A stretch of 63,976 bases of DNA, filler included, from Chrysochromulina tobinii (Eukaryota), in assembly GCA_001275005.1 (NCBI GenBank). It is 6 parts of 6 records of this genome, joined end to end, with 100 filler letters (N's around TTAATTAATTAA, not from the genome) between each part and the next. Parts side by side here need not be neighbours in the genome. Positions count along the whole stretch, not along the records: positions 15,139 to 32,530 come from JWZX01000909.1; 5 more parts are not named here. The stretch is one strand, 5' to 3'. Shown here piece by piece: positions 21,243-32,630 of the stretch. A program made the position numbers and the translations under genes. How positions within the stretch are numbered: position 1 is the stretch's first letter; every line of letters starts with the position of its first letter. Under the pieces are notes generated by a model. That model worked only from the letters and a program-made list of their open reading frames with translations. It had not been told where the DNA came from and did not search any database.

Positions 21243-22018
21243 TAGGCTGCCCGCCGTGTATGCGCTATCCGGCGAACCGCCCGGTACCAGATCGGCTGGG
21301 CAGCGGCTGTGCAGCGGCTGGGCATTCCCGGTGATTCCGATACAGCTGTGACCGCACGACACCGCCCGACCGCTTTAAGCGCCGTCTCTCGGTGCCTCAC
21401 ACTCAAAGGAATTCCGAGCTCAGCCTCACGTGGCCAGCTCTCGGGGCTGATTGTTTCTGAACATCCCTAAGAAGTGTGATGCACAGAGAAGACGCACAGC
21501 AGCACAGCAGCACAGCACTGTCGGCGCCGTACCCGCCACGCAGCGGCTCGGGCTGCGCGTGCCAGCGCGGTTTGCCGTTTAGGCGTGGCCGACTGGCGCG
21601 TAGGGCGTGGGCGACTGTCACACGTCGGCTGGCCACTGTCATCCGTATGGGCTCTCGGCCCGCACGGTCAGGTGTCGATCCGATCTGCGTTACAGTACGC
21701 GCGCCGCGTATTGCGTGCACTGACATTGCACAATCTAAGAACTTTAAACGACACTCTCGCGCGGGATTTGAGGTCGAGCGAGAGCAGCGACCGGACCGCG
21801 CGGACCCCCCGGAATAGCAAATTCCGGAGCTTAAAGGTTCTCCGCTCCTCGGCGGGGCCGGCCGTCTGTGTCTTCTGTAAGTGTGACGAGCCTGTGTACC
21901 CGTCCACGAATCCCGGACGCGTCTCAGCCGCGCGGCCTTTTCGCCGCGACCGGATGGCTCGCTGGAGGCCGACCATGCGTCATCGATGGCAGCTCGCCTC
22001 TCATCGACCTTGGCCGTC

Positions 22019-25000
22019 TCAGGGTCGCTCCTCAGGTTCGTCAGGTGGCTCCTTCTTGATCGGCTTACCCGCTGCTCGGTCGGCCCTTTCTTGCTTCTGG
22101 GTCAGCGGACGCTTGCGCCCAAGCCAATCGCGCCTATACGTCTGCTCCTTCTGGAGCGGCACCGCTGCCACGCCGCCCTCCGCAGCTCCGCCGTCGGCAT
22201 CGTCGCCGCGCTCATAAGCCGCCTTGAGCGAACCTCCTTGGGTGAGGCGGGAGCCTGCGATCCGAGCGACGCTTCCGAGGTCGCGTAACGCCCGGAGCGC
22301 ACCCGGTCTCATCGCGCCTGGCTTTGGCTGGTTGTCGTCCGTGGCGGCGGCGATGCGTCGTAGCAGCTGGCGCAGCGTCGCAAGCTGCTGCGGTGCAAGC
22401 ATGCGCGCGGGTCGCATGAGTCGCAGCACTCCGACTGAGCGAAGCACAGCAGGTGGCTTAGCACGTGCGCCAGTGGGTGCACCCATCGGGGGACCCATCG
22501 AGCTTGGGCGCACAAACGAGCGCAGCGGTGGCGCATCGATGCCCACGTGCGAGCCAGCGCCCGCCGAGTGTAGCTGGGCATGGGACAGGGCAGGCTGCGC
22601 GAGCGTCGGCCGTGGAGGCACGAGCACGCCGATCGGGCCGATCGTGGGGGGGCCCATGAAAGGGGGTGGGCGCATCGGCACGATCATGAGTGCGTCGCGC
22701 GTGCGGAGCTCCTCGGTGGCACGTGCCAGCTGCACCAGGAATCGGAGGAGGAGTGGCCGGTGCTCTTCGCGCACGAGGGGAGCGTAACGCAATCCCACAA
22801 GCCGCGGGTGGCCCGACTCGAGCACGGATCGATCCGGATTCTCCGCGGCTGCCACGTACTGGGCGCACGCGGCGCGCAGGGCGCGACCGAGGCGCAGCCG
22901 CATCGTGTCGTCGGCCAGGACCACGAGATCGATGAGGGAGGGTGCTGCATGTGCAAGCTCATGCCAAAACGTCGACTCAGCGAGAGCTCGGAGCTCGGAC
23001 GTGCGCCGGCGCGCGTCTGCGACGCTGCTCTGACGTCGTCGGCGGCCATCGCCCAGGTCGTCGAGGCCGTCCATTTGGATAGAGCGCAACGCACGCGCCG
23101 CTACCTGCGCCGCCCGCGTGCGGTCGAGCTCCGCCAACGCGGCAGGCAGCACGGCGCGAAGCAGCCCTCCTTCATCCTCGTCCGCCTCGTCCTCGGGCGC
23201 CGTCATGGACGCTCCACCAAGAGTGACTCGTTCTTGTACGCGCTGCGCCCACGTCTTGGCAGCCGCCGGCGTGAGAAACGGTCTGAGCATCGCCGTCATC
23301 GTCGCCCTCCGCTGGTCCGCATAGGCTGCAGCGAGTTGAGCCGCTGTCCTTGGGGCGGCGAAAGCATCGGCGGCTCGGGCGGCGCCCCGGACGGCGCCCC
23401 CTGCAGCACCGCCGCCCGCCCTGCCGCCTTGGGCGCCGCCGTGGGCGCGCTTGCCGCCGCGATCACTCCTCATCGACATCAAGCCCTCTCCCGCCTTAGC
23501 AAGCCACGAGGAAACCTTGGGGGCCACGTACCCTTGCCTAGCCTTGGCCGTCCTGGCCGCCCTGGCCGCCTTTTCCTGACGGGCCCAACGCGCCTCCTCG
23601 GCTTGGCATGCACGCGCAGGTCGGCACACAATCTCGCCTCGAGCTCGTACATCGAGCTCACCTTGTGCGAAGTGCCACGCGCCAACGCACGCGCGCCACC
23701 CGCCGGCACAACGCCCGCCCTGCCGCCTCTGGTGTGCTTGCCACCTCTGCGGTCGCTCGAGGGGATGAGATCTCGCAGCGACGTGCGCCACTTCGCACGC
23801 GTCAGTCGCTGCCGGCTCTGCGCCTCCTCCAGAGACTGAGTGAGCAGAGCGTGCAGCTGACGCACCTGCCGCCGGTGAGCAAGGCGCAGGCACGCCATCG
23901 CGGGCAAAAGCGTCAACAGGAAGAAGGCCACCACAGGCATCAACGTGAGGAGCAGCCGTAAGACCCAAATCTGTGCACGAGGATCTTGACAGAAGGGTGC
24001 TACGGCGGAGTAGCCCGGGACGGCGCCGCCGAGGCAGTCGGGGTAGCCCTCGCTCAGCAGTGCGAGATCAGCGACCGAGGGGCAGCTCGCGCCGCGCCCT
24101 GGGGCAGGCGGGTCCATGGCGTTCGCCGTGCTCGAGTTTCGTGCAGTCCAGAGGGCGGGCGTGGCGTTGATAGAGCCCGTCGCGGCCTGCGCGACCAACG
24201 CACACGAGAGCGGCGACGCACGGGGCGGCGGTGGCGGCGCGAGCGCGCCTGGCACAAAGGGCGGCAGGCCGAGGGCACGCCCCGCCGCATGCGTCGCGAC
24301 AGCGTGAAAGGCAAAGCACGAGTGGCACGGCCCAAGCACGCGCCAGTCGACCAGTGGTGGGATCGCCACCAGGAGCACAATGAGGCGCCATCGGTGAGAA
24401 AGCGACGCGGCCACATAGAGCATACGCTCGCAGCCCGTTTGGTGCGAGCGGAGCCCGAGGAGCCAGACGCAGTACAGCAGGTAAAGCGCCCCGAGAATCG
24501 CGGGCACGTAGATGCCGACCCGCATCGCAAGCTGCCAGACCGGCAACCCATACACGATGACCTCATCAAGCCCAAGGTAGAAGTCGCACACGGTGCTGTC
24601 CATGTAGTAACATGTGGCTGGTGAGGTATCGAATTGCAGCCGCACCGCCTCTATCCATGCCGGTCCGTTCGCAATCTCAACGGAGAGCGGACGAGTGCTC
24701 GGCGCAAGCGAGGCGGCCTCGACAGTCACCTCGGCCACGGTGCAGTTGACGCCGGCCACGAGGCCCGGCGCGCACGCGTCGCCAATCAAAAAGAAGTCGA
24801 CACGCTCGTGGTTGGCGGACCACGTCGCAAAGGCTCGCAGCATCGCGTCCGTGAGCTCCTCGCATGAGACGAATGACAACAGAGTAAACCCAAAGTAAGC
24901 ATACGACTCGACGTCAAAGCGTGGCAGGATCGCGTCGCAAAATCTCGCATCGATCGACCACGAGAGACTGCTACCCAGCCCGGTGGTGTTGGTCGTGCTG

Positions 25001-25032
25001 GTTGGCGAGCGCCACATCTGGAAGCCGCTCAT
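22019..25032 (-). CDS. Membrane protein with a degenerate matrixin (M10)-like domain and a long cytosolic tail
   Basis: Two track ORFs are joined in phase 0 by a GT-AG intron at 23661-23576 (SHK|EKAAR). RAFATWSANH, CYYMDSTVC and HAAGRALGL sit where HExGHxLGL is expected; three hydrophobic segments. Start uncertain. Confidence 0.6.
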
Positions 25033-25116
25033 GGTGGATGACGCCCATACCGGTAGGTTGCATGGCTGATGCAGGGGAACCCTTCGTGTCTGTGAAGATG
25101 TATGCCGGGTAAAAAG

Positions 25117-25140
25117 ACACCGGGGGGAGCCGGGACACAC
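25117..25140 (-). promoter_or_regulatory. 24-bp motif GTGTGTCCCGGCTCCCCCCGGTGT, copy 1 (promoter element or small-repeat remnant)
   Basis: Identical to 30957-30980; both lie about 85-95 bp upstream of minus-strand ATGs. Confidence 0.4.
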
Positions 25141-25310
25141 ACGAGACACACGGAACACGCGGACGCACAAAGGCACACAGACCACACAGACGAACCTCAC
25201 AACCATCGAAACCCACCAACAACACACACCTCGCACGTCAGCGCGACGACCGAAGCCGCATGTATTCCGGGTAGAGACGTCACATTGGATTGTCGCTCGG
25301 ACCGACGCGG

Positions 25311-26360
25311 ATGGGCATGCACGTCGCGGGGTTTTTCCAAGACTTCGCTGCGGAATCCGATACTGTAGGAATGCCGAGCTGGATGCTCACGAGCCTGACT
25401 GCCGCTCTCTCTCTTCCTGCCAATCCATCCATCCATGCACTGGCCGCAGCCAAGGCTACAGGTTCGCTGTCGCTCTGGGACAGCGTGCGGCCACGCTCGC
25501 GGCAAGTGGCAGCGTGGGAACTCAAGCTCTTCTTTCCCCAGCGCTCGGACGGTGACATGCAGCGGCAGTTGGGTTTGCGCTCGCAGGCCGATCAGGATAA
25601 AACACTTCGGGCGGTGTCAGCTGTTTCCGTTGCAGGCATCTGTGGCGCTACTCTGATCGAGGGGTCTGCGCTCCCCGTTTCCATCCGCACTGGGCTGACC
25701 AGCGTCGCTGCGCTGGCACCATTCGCGACTCTCATTGCGGGCGTTGCGCTGCCAGATGTACTGCAGCGTGCGCTCATGGCCGTCTGGCGGCTGGATCCCA
25801 AGTACCGGCGCCGACAAGCTTACCACGAAGCAGGCCACCTGCTGATTGGGATGCTTCTCGGACTGCAGATCGTGAGCTATAACGCGGCGAGTCCAGACGG
25901 CAACGGGGCGGCGGTGCGCCTGAGCCCGCCAGACGCACGCTCGTGGGACGCGAGCCGCGGCCTCGTGAGCGATTCCGATGAAGCGGCGGCGGGAGCCGCA
26001 TGCGAAGACGCGCTGCTTGACGCGCTGCTTGTGCTCTCGATGGGAGGGGTGGCAGCCGAGGTACTTGCCTGTGGCGATGCTGAGGGTGGCGTATCCGACG
26101 TTGCACAAGCTCGCTGCTTCCTCGAGAGGAAGTGGTCGACCGGTGTGCAGTCGGCACCAACGCGCAGGACCGCACGCGCCAAGCAGGATGATCGGATCCG
26201 TTGGGCGACGCTCTTCGCTCTCACGCTGCTGCAGAGGCATCGGGCATCACTCGATGCGGTCGTCGAGGCCTTTGACGAGGGCGCGGACGTCGGTGCTTGC
26301 CTCTGCGCGGCACAGAATGCAGCCGCTCTCGACGATATGAGGCTAAGCGGCGCCTCGTGA
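25311..26360 (+). CDS. FtsH/M41-like zinc metallopeptidase without AAA domain (VIR3-like, probably plastid)
   Basis: RRRQAYHEAGHLLIGMLLG (HExxH); MGGVAAEVLACGDAEGGVSD; two TM segments upstream. Confidence 0.8.
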   Translation: MGMHVAGFFQDFAAESDTVGMPSWMLTSLTAALSLPANPSIHALAAAKATGSLSLWDSVRPRSRQVAAWELKLFFPQRSDGDMQRQLGLRSQADQDKTLRAVSAVSVAGICGATLIEGSALPVSIRTGLTSVAALAPFATLIAGVALPDVLQRALMAVWRLDPKYRRRQAYHEAGHLLIGMLLGLQIVSYNAASPDGNGAAVRLSPPDARSWDASRGLVSDSDEAAAGAACEDALLDALLVLSMGGVAAEVLACGDAEGGVSDVAQARCFLERKWSTGVQSAPTRRTARAKQDDRIRWATLFALTLLQRHRASLDAVVEAFDEGADVGACLCAAQNAAALDDMRLSGAS

Positions 26361-27227
26361 CGAGGGAGGCAAGATGTGCGCCGCGGGGAATTATTTGATC
26401 GACCGCTGCGGCGCAGACCCCGCAACGCGGGCCCGTGCGGCATGCCCGCGACCGCGACGCGCCTGGCCCTGCGCGCGGCGCCGGCGGCGCACATGACCCG
26501 CAAAAGCCCCATGCGTCAAGTTTTCTTCTTTAGTGTTTTAGAGGGCAAGCGGCAGGATCATCCGTGTGTAGCTCGCGGAAGCGGTACTCGGTACACTGCC
26601 GGTTTTAGCTTTTAGGTGACAACGAGCCTCAAGAGATGCGGGGTTTGACGCGAACTTGAAGCGGGCGGGTTGCCACGAGGGGTGCCTCGTGCGCTTGAGG
26701 TGGCGTGCCTGCGCGCCGCGTCGCGCCATCGCGTGGTGGCTGGTGCGACGTGCGCGGGCGTGCACGGTCGCCGCGTGTGGCGCGAGCAACAGTCTCGACA
26801 CTTGAGCTCGCTCCGAAAAAGCACTTAGAGCCCTGCTCGGTCGCGCTCCGATTAGCGATTTGCTTCGTCCCGAGTCGTGCATACGTGCGACAGCCTTCAA
26901 AACACGGCTCGTGGTCAGCCTCAGGGCCTCCTCCATCCGATCTCAAAAGGACAGCCTGGCGTCCTTCGCATTCTCAAACTCGTGGAGGCCGTCCATCTCG
27001 CGCGCAGTATGGACAACACGCCATCGCGCCAGTTCGTCGATCGCGTGCAAGTCATCTGTTGTATGCACTGCGTCGACAGCACGGCTTCGACCATCGTGCC
27101 CATCAGCCCACATGCATAGTATGCCATGGGCAGAACTTGCAGACTCACTCACGTCTGCATGCTGTGGCAAGATGGTGGCGAAGTTGGACTGCATCTGGCC
27201 GTACAGACCTACCGGAGCTCAATCATA

Positions 27228-30200
27228 CTAGTCCTCTCGCTGTTTAGTGGGCCTGACGCGCACATGCCTCGACCCGCATGGAATGACGTCGAACGCGGCT
27301 GTCACATCAGTCGACGAAGTCTCGTTCTCTCGCCCGAGAAGGAGCACCCATCCATCGTCCTCGCTATTGGGGACGTGGTGACCATCAAACAATGGCCGCG
27401 TGCTGTCCTTTGTGCGTGCGGCGCTCGATGTCAGGGGCGACCCGACGCACCTGTTCACGTAATCGTCGAGGAGGCGGCGCAGGTAATGGCCGTGCCAGTC
27501 GTTCTGAGGGGTCTGGCCTGGGAAGGGGTTGATCTCCATGAGCAGGGGCGACCCGTTCGCTTCGACGATGAGATCGAACGCGAGCAATGTGCGAAAAATG
27601 GCTTTCGGAGCACCGGCAGCCGCGAGCGTGTCCATCAGCTGCGCCCTTGCAGCGAGCACCGCGTCGGCCATCAGCCCGTGCATGGCGGGCACGATGCGTG
27701 CAAGGAACCCGACGGACGAGCCGAGCGCGCGCTCAATGTCGGGGAAGGAGATGGAGTTGCCAGCCTCGTGGAGGCCAAACGTAGCCTCTGCGCTCTTTTG
27801 GACTGCAAAGTTGGTCAGGTGCATCGTGGGGTGAAGCTCGTCGAGCGTGAATATCTCACTCGAGGTGCGACCGTAGCCCTCGCGGTACGCGAGCAGTGCG
27901 AATCCGAGCTCCGTCTGTGGCGACGACTCGAGCAGAGCAAAGATGCGAACGTCAAACTTGCGACCCTGGAACAGCAGAGGCGCTTCGAGGTACTTTTGCG
28001 CAATCCACGCTTGGCTGGCTGAGGCCGCCTGCAAGCCCTCCATCGCGCGGCACGAGTCATAGTGTGACTGCAGCTCCTCCAGCGAGTCCCCCAGACCGAT
28101 GCCGCGGCCCGAGCATCCTCCGGTGGGCTTGAGAAGCCAAAGGTTGCGCGTGCGCTGTACGAGTGGCACGCGAGCGTCTGTGCCATCCGCCACGGCCTCA
28201 AAGAGAGTCCGAAACTCTCCCCACGCCGCACTACTGGCGCCCGCCCCCTGCGGCAGTACTAGGGTGAGTGGATGATGCCTCCATGGATCGAGACCCTGGG
28301 CCTCGTAGTACTGCACAAGGGTGCTGACCAGCTCGGCCTTGTGCCAGAGCACGCGCAAGTCCGCCCCGGAGCCCGAAGGCTTTGGCGGCCAGCGATTGAT
28401 GACCGCGCTCGTGCCGGCGGGCAGGTCGCACAGGACCTTGCAGTTATGGTCGCCACGCAGCCAAACAAAGCCGAGCCCATTGCTCAGGCAATTGCGAAGG
28501 TTCTGCAGGTCAGCACAGCCGGGGATCTCGTTCCAGCCGCGACGGTTGAGTGCGGCCCGTAGACGATCCTGGCCGTGTCCGTTACCCGACTGCATCATGA
28601 AGCAGCGCGCTAAGTCCAAGGGCACCGTCGGAGGGCCCATGCCCACCATCGCCTCGGACGCAGCCTCTCGCGCAGACGTTGGGAGAGCTGTTGGGAGGCT
28701 GGCCCGGAGCTGCGCGTTGGCGTTCCGGACGGCTGTGAGGGCGCCGGCGTACATGGTCACAGTGTGGGCGGCGTGCGCCGCGGCGTGGGCCTCGTGGGGA
28801 GTGCGGGCAGAGGAGTTGGCGGCGGCAGCGGTGCGAGGAAGGCTCGTGGCGGAGGCTGGGCGTGTGAGTCGTGATCGACGGTCCATCGCCCTCGAGCCAT
28901 GAGCTGGTCCGTGAGTTGGTCCCCGGAGCTCTCGAGCGCTGCGAGCTCCCGAGTCGGGAACCATCACAATGCCCTTCGGCCGCCCCGGCGGTCGAAGTAT
29001 CTTGTCTGTCGTGCCGTCGGTGGCGGCTGCCGCCGCAGTGCTGCCACCGAGCGACGGCACTGAAGGAAAGCGCCGTGTTGAGCGCGAGGAGTCGAGGGAG
29101 GAGGGCGATGTGGAGGGCCTTCCGCTCTTGGCTCGCTCGTATGGACCGCCCTGGCGTGCAGCGTCGGCGATCGCCCTTTGCAGCTGAGCATCCGAGAGCC
29201 AGTTGGTGGCGCGGAGGGACGGTGGGTGCAGTGCAGACGGACTCGAGGCACGAGAAGACACTGGAAGACCGCGTGGCGCTACCCTTGGCGCCTCTAGCAC
29301 CTTGGTCGGAACGGCCTCGATCGCAGCCACTTTGGCGGCGGCGGCGGCGGCCTCGGCAACTTCCGCCGCCGTCGTTGCAGCCGCCGCTGCCGCGGCCAGC
29401 TTGAGCGTCTTGTCCACGGTTGCATGTGGTGTGACCTGTGGTCCCGTGGCCCTCCGCATGATCGCACCCATGTACGAGGTCATCAACAGCAGGCTCTGCC
29501 CCTCTTCATGCCCAATCCGCTGGATCAACCTTTCGCGTACCAGCCTCTGCTTGGTGGCCACGGCTGCCCCGACCGAACCCGAGCGCTCTCGCAACCCTTC
29601 TAGCTTTCGCGCCAACACCCGAGCAACCCGAGCCTGATATTCGAAGTCACGCGCCACCGACCGAGCTGCAGCCACCTCCCGCACGCAGCGGCTCTTGGCC
29701 TCGCGTTCGTGGCGCTTCTGCCGCTCCGTCTCTGTGCGCCGCACTCGCTCCTCTACCTCTCTCTTCGCACGAGCCTCGACGAGTTGTCGCGCAGTCTGCG
29801 CTTGCTGCCGTGTCACCTCCTCGGCCTCGGCCTTCCTCTGATCTTCGACGGCTCTTTGCATCGCCTGTGCGTCGAGCTCCGCGCTCCGCCGCGCAGCCTC
29901 GCGATTGGCGTCCTCGACCATCCTCAATGTGAGCTCCGCTGCCACCCTCCTTGATTCTGCCTGATGCATCCGTCGCCTCTCGACGGCTGCGCAGCGATCT
30001 GCATCCGCCGCTGCCGCCACGGCCGTTTCGACCACGGCCGCCATCATCGTAGCGGCCAGACACCGAATTTCAGCCTCCACACCCTCCTTGGCCGCTCTTC
30101 TGGCCGCTTCCTCGAGCTCTCGCCGCCTGGATTCCTCTGTAGCTCGCTGAGCCACATACGCTGCCTCGCGCTCCTCGACGAGCGGCTGCAGCTCGGCCAC

Positions 30201-30863
30201 ACTGACAGCTAGCCGAGCCACGGCCTGCTGCTGCTGCTGCTGCTGCTGCTCGTCGCATGCTTCTTGGTCGCCGACAGCGCCTTGGTTTTGCTCGCGCAGC
30301 GACTGCATGAGCATTCGAAGCGCTCGCGGACTTGCTGCGAGCGCCTCCGCAAGCTGCGCGTCGACTGAAATCATATTCTCTCTTAGGTCAACAACCTCAA
30401 GGCTTGGACATGTCTTTTCTGACGCGGCTACGGCGGTCAGCAGCGCGCCAAAGCCCGTATGGCCGATCCGATTGGCTGCAAGCGAAAGCTCCTCTAGCCT
30501 TGGCCGCAGAGTTGCGAGCAACAACGCGGTTGCAAGCGCCGCCGCACCAGCGTTTCCGATGGCATTGGAAGAGAGATCGAGCCGCACGAGACTCACGAGA
30601 TTGGCACTGCGCATAGCTTCTGCCAAAGCCAGGGTTCCGCAATCGCCGATCGCGTTCTCGTGCAAGCACAGCCGCGTAAGCACGTGGGCGCCACCTCGCA
30701 GCGAGAGCAGCACCAGCCCGGCAGCAATGTACTCAGCCCCAGCGCATCGCAACGAGTTTGCGTGCAGATACACCTGACGTGTCGGCGTCGTCGCTAACGT
30801 GGCAGCCACCTCTTTGCAGTCCTCGTCTTTCAAGGAATGCGACGCTCTGTCCAGGATCAGCAT
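27228..30863 (-). CDS. LRR + coiled-coil + tubulin-tyrosine-ligase-like (TTLL) protein
   Basis: N-terminal RNI-type LRRs; C-terminal WLLKPTGGCSGRGI, QKYLEAPLL, RKFDVR, HLTNFAVQK, LMEINPFP. Confidence 0.9.
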   Translation of the reverse strand: MLILDRASHSLKDEDCKEVAATLATTPTRQVYLHANSLRCAGAEYIAAGLVLLSLRGGAHVLTRLCLHENAIGDCGTLALAEAMRSANLVSLVRLDLSSNAIGNAGAAALATALLLATLRPRLEELSLAANRIGHTGFGALLTAVAASEKTCPSLEVVDLRENMISVDAQLAEALAASPRALRMLMQSLREQNQGAVGDQEACDEQQQQQQQQAVARLAVSVAELQPLVEEREAAYVAQRATEESRRRELEEAARRAAKEGVEAEIRCLAATMMAAVVETAVAAAADADRCAAVERRRMHQAESRRVAAELTLRMVEDANREAARRSAELDAQAMQRAVEDQRKAEAEEVTRQQAQTARQLVEARAKREVEERVRRTETERQKRHEREAKSRCVREVAAARSVARDFEYQARVARVLARKLEGLRERSGSVGAAVATKQRLVRERLIQRIGHEEGQSLLLMTSYMGAIMRRATGPQVTPHATVDKTLKLAAAAAAATTAAEVAEAAAAAAKVAAIEAVPTKVLEAPRVAPRGLPVSSRASSPSALHPPSLRATNWLSDAQLQRAIADAARQGGPYERAKSGRPSTSPSSLDSSRSTRRFPSVPSLGGSTAAAAATDGTTDKILRPPGRPKGIVMVPDSGARSARELRGPTHGPAHGSRAMDRRSRLTRPASATSLPRTAAAANSSARTPHEAHAAAHAAHTVTMYAGALTAVRNANAQLRASLPTALPTSAREAASEAMVGMGPPTVPLDLARCFMMQSGNGHGQDRLRAALNRRGWNEIPGCADLQNLRNCLSNGLGFVWLRGDHNCKVLCDLPAGTSAVINRWPPKPSGSGADLRVLWHKAELVSTLVQYYEAQGLDPWRHHPLTLVLPQGAGASSAAWGEFRTLFEAVADGTDARVPLVQRTRNLWLLKPTGGCSGRGIGLGDSLEELQSHYDSCRAMEGLQAASASQAWIAQKYLEAPLLFQGRKFDVRIFALLESSPQTELGFALLAYREGYGRTSSEIFTLDELHPTMHLTNFAVQKSAEATFGLHEAGNSISFPDIERALGSSVGFLARIVPAMHGLMADAVLAARAQLMDTLAAAGAPKAIFRTLLAFDLIVEANGSPLLMEINPFPGQTPQNDWHGHYLRRLLDDYVNRCVGSPLTSSAARTKDSTRPLFDGHHVPNSEDDGWVLLLGRENETSSTDVTAAFDVIPCGSRHVRVRPTKQRED

Positions 30864-30956
30864 TGACTCAAATTACTCGAATTGGAAACGATCCTGCTAA
30901 TTTCCAAATGCGGCAAGTATGTACGCCGTGCTTTTTCCGCAGCGATCGGTTCAAAA

Positions 30957-30980
30957 ACACCGGGGGGAGCCGGGACACAC
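30957..30980 (-). promoter_or_regulatory. 24-bp motif, copy 2
   Basis: Identical to 25117-25140. Confidence 0.4.
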
Positions 30981-31313
30981 GAGCGGTACTATGTTGTTAA
31001 AGATGCGTTTGATGCAAGTAAAGTTCGCAAAAAGCTGAAACAGTTTTTATTAACGTAATAGTAATAGTAAGAGCTCTAGAGACCGGACTCTGCGACTGCG
31101 CTCTCACACGACTCGTGCTTGGTGATACTAATACGTACTACTACGCAGCTCGCAGGATGAATTTGACTAGTGTCTTTGACTACGACTTAATATTTTCATA
31201 CTACTACGCAGGATGCATTTGACTTTGTCTTTGACTACGACTTACGACTTTTTGCTGGTGTTCACTCCACGCGTCCACGGAGCTCCCCACGAGCGACGAG
31301 CCACGTCCCCGGC

Positions 31314-32321
31314 TCATGTCGGATTGCCCTCGCGATATCCTTTCTGCCACGCCTGCATCTTGAGCGCCCACGCATTCGCCTCGTCGCGGCTCATGGCGGG
31401 CCGGATCTTCTTGGCGCGGCTGGGCGCGCCCGTCATCGTCCCTCCAACCGGCGTCGTGGAGCGCCACATCGGTCGGCGTGCGATGCGGCGCGCGGCGACG
31501 AATTCCTTGTTTTGCTGAGCGCGCCGAACCGACTCGGCTTGCTTGGCGGCGAGCGCACGACGCATGGCCTCCTCGTAGGCCTGCTGCTCGTGCACGACGT
31601 CCGCGATCGTCACGCCGAGCCGCATCGCACGCCCCAAGATGGACCGTTGCACGTGATCGATCTCGACCTCAAGGGGGTCGAACGTGATCGTCGAGCAATA
31701 TCGTGAAAGACGCGCTTTTGCCGAGCCACTGGCCTCTGTGGGCGGCACGTGTATACTCGGCGCGCCCTTGCCCTTGGCTGCGGACGCGGGGCTACCGCTG
31801 CTGCTTGCGGCTGCCGCTACAGGGGCGCCACCATCGTCGCCACTAAGCATCATGGCGCTCGCACTCTGCGGCCGCTTTGGAGCCCACGACAGTTGCGGCG
31901 CGGACGAAGAATTCTGCAGGCGAGGAGCCGAAGATTTCTGCAATCGTGCTGTGCGCAGCTTGGAGCAGAGATGTCGGAACTGGCCGAAGGTCACAGCCAC
32001 GCAGCCGCTGCGGTTGAACTCGGAGTTGAACTGGCTCAGCTCAGCACGCGCTGCCTGGGTGAACGGCGTCAGCTGCAACATCCTCAGCGCCACTGGGACC
32101 CACTCTATTCCTCTGATGGCGCCGTCGTCTCCGTCGACGGTGACGAAGGAATCGAAGACGCGCCTCAAGGCGTCTGCTTCGTCGCCGCGCGAGCTCACAG
32201 CGACGAGGTGTGAGGTGAGAATACCTAGGTTTTGGAATGCTAGGCGGCGCTCGGCGAGGTCGATGCGCCTCTGTTCGGAGGCATCCGAGGCCGTATACAC
32301 AGAGCCTGCCCTCGATTGCAT
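31314..32321 (-). CDS. Hypothetical protein (possible degenerate EF-hand N-terminus, coiled-coil C-terminus)
   Basis: Long ORF with host-like codon usage; LRRVFDSF...VTFGQF is weakly EF-like. Confidence 0.6.
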   Translation of the reverse strand: MQSRAGSVYTASDASEQRRIDLAERRLAFQNLGILTSHLVAVSSRGDEADALRRVFDSFVTVDGDDGAIRGIEWVPVALRMLQLTPFTQAARAELSQFNSEFNRSGCVAVTFGQFRHLCSKLRTARLQKSSAPRLQNSSSAPQLSWAPKRPQSASAMMLSGDDGGAPVAAAASSSGSPASAAKGKGAPSIHVPPTEASGSAKARLSRYCSTITFDPLEVEIDHVQRSILGRAMRLGVTIADVVHEQQAYEEAMRRALAAKQAESVRRAQQNKEFVAARRIARRPMWRSTTPVGGTMTGAPSRAKKIRPAMSRDEANAWALKMQAWQKGYREGNPT

Positions 32322-32437
32322 GCACGCGAGCCTGCCCTCGTTCACTCACGGTCGGCGAGCTCGAGCAAAAAGGGGTCTTTTGAAGAGACGAAACGCGCCG
32401 CGGCGCAGTGACGGTTAACGGTGTTTTCCACCAAGTG

Positions 32438-32530
32438 AGCAACTGTGAATTTTTTTATCACAGCTCCTCAAGTTCGAGCAGCTGTGAGTTTCATTCTCAC
32501 AGCTCCTCGCAACTTGTAGCACCTGTGACT
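32438..32530. repeat. ~40-bp hairpin-type tandem repeat at the contig end
   Basis: Unit GAGCA(A/G)CTGTGA-loop-TCACAGCTCCTC occurs about 2.5 times before the gap. Confidence 0.75.
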
Positions 32531-32630
32531 NNNNNNNNNNNNNNNNNNNNNNNNNNNNNNNNNNNNNNNNNNNNTTAATTAATTAANNNNNNNNNNNNNN
32601 NNNNNNNNNNNNNNNNNNNNNNNNNNNNNN
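32531..32630. other. Artificial contig spacer
   Basis: N-TTAATTAATTAA-N. Confidence 0.97.
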
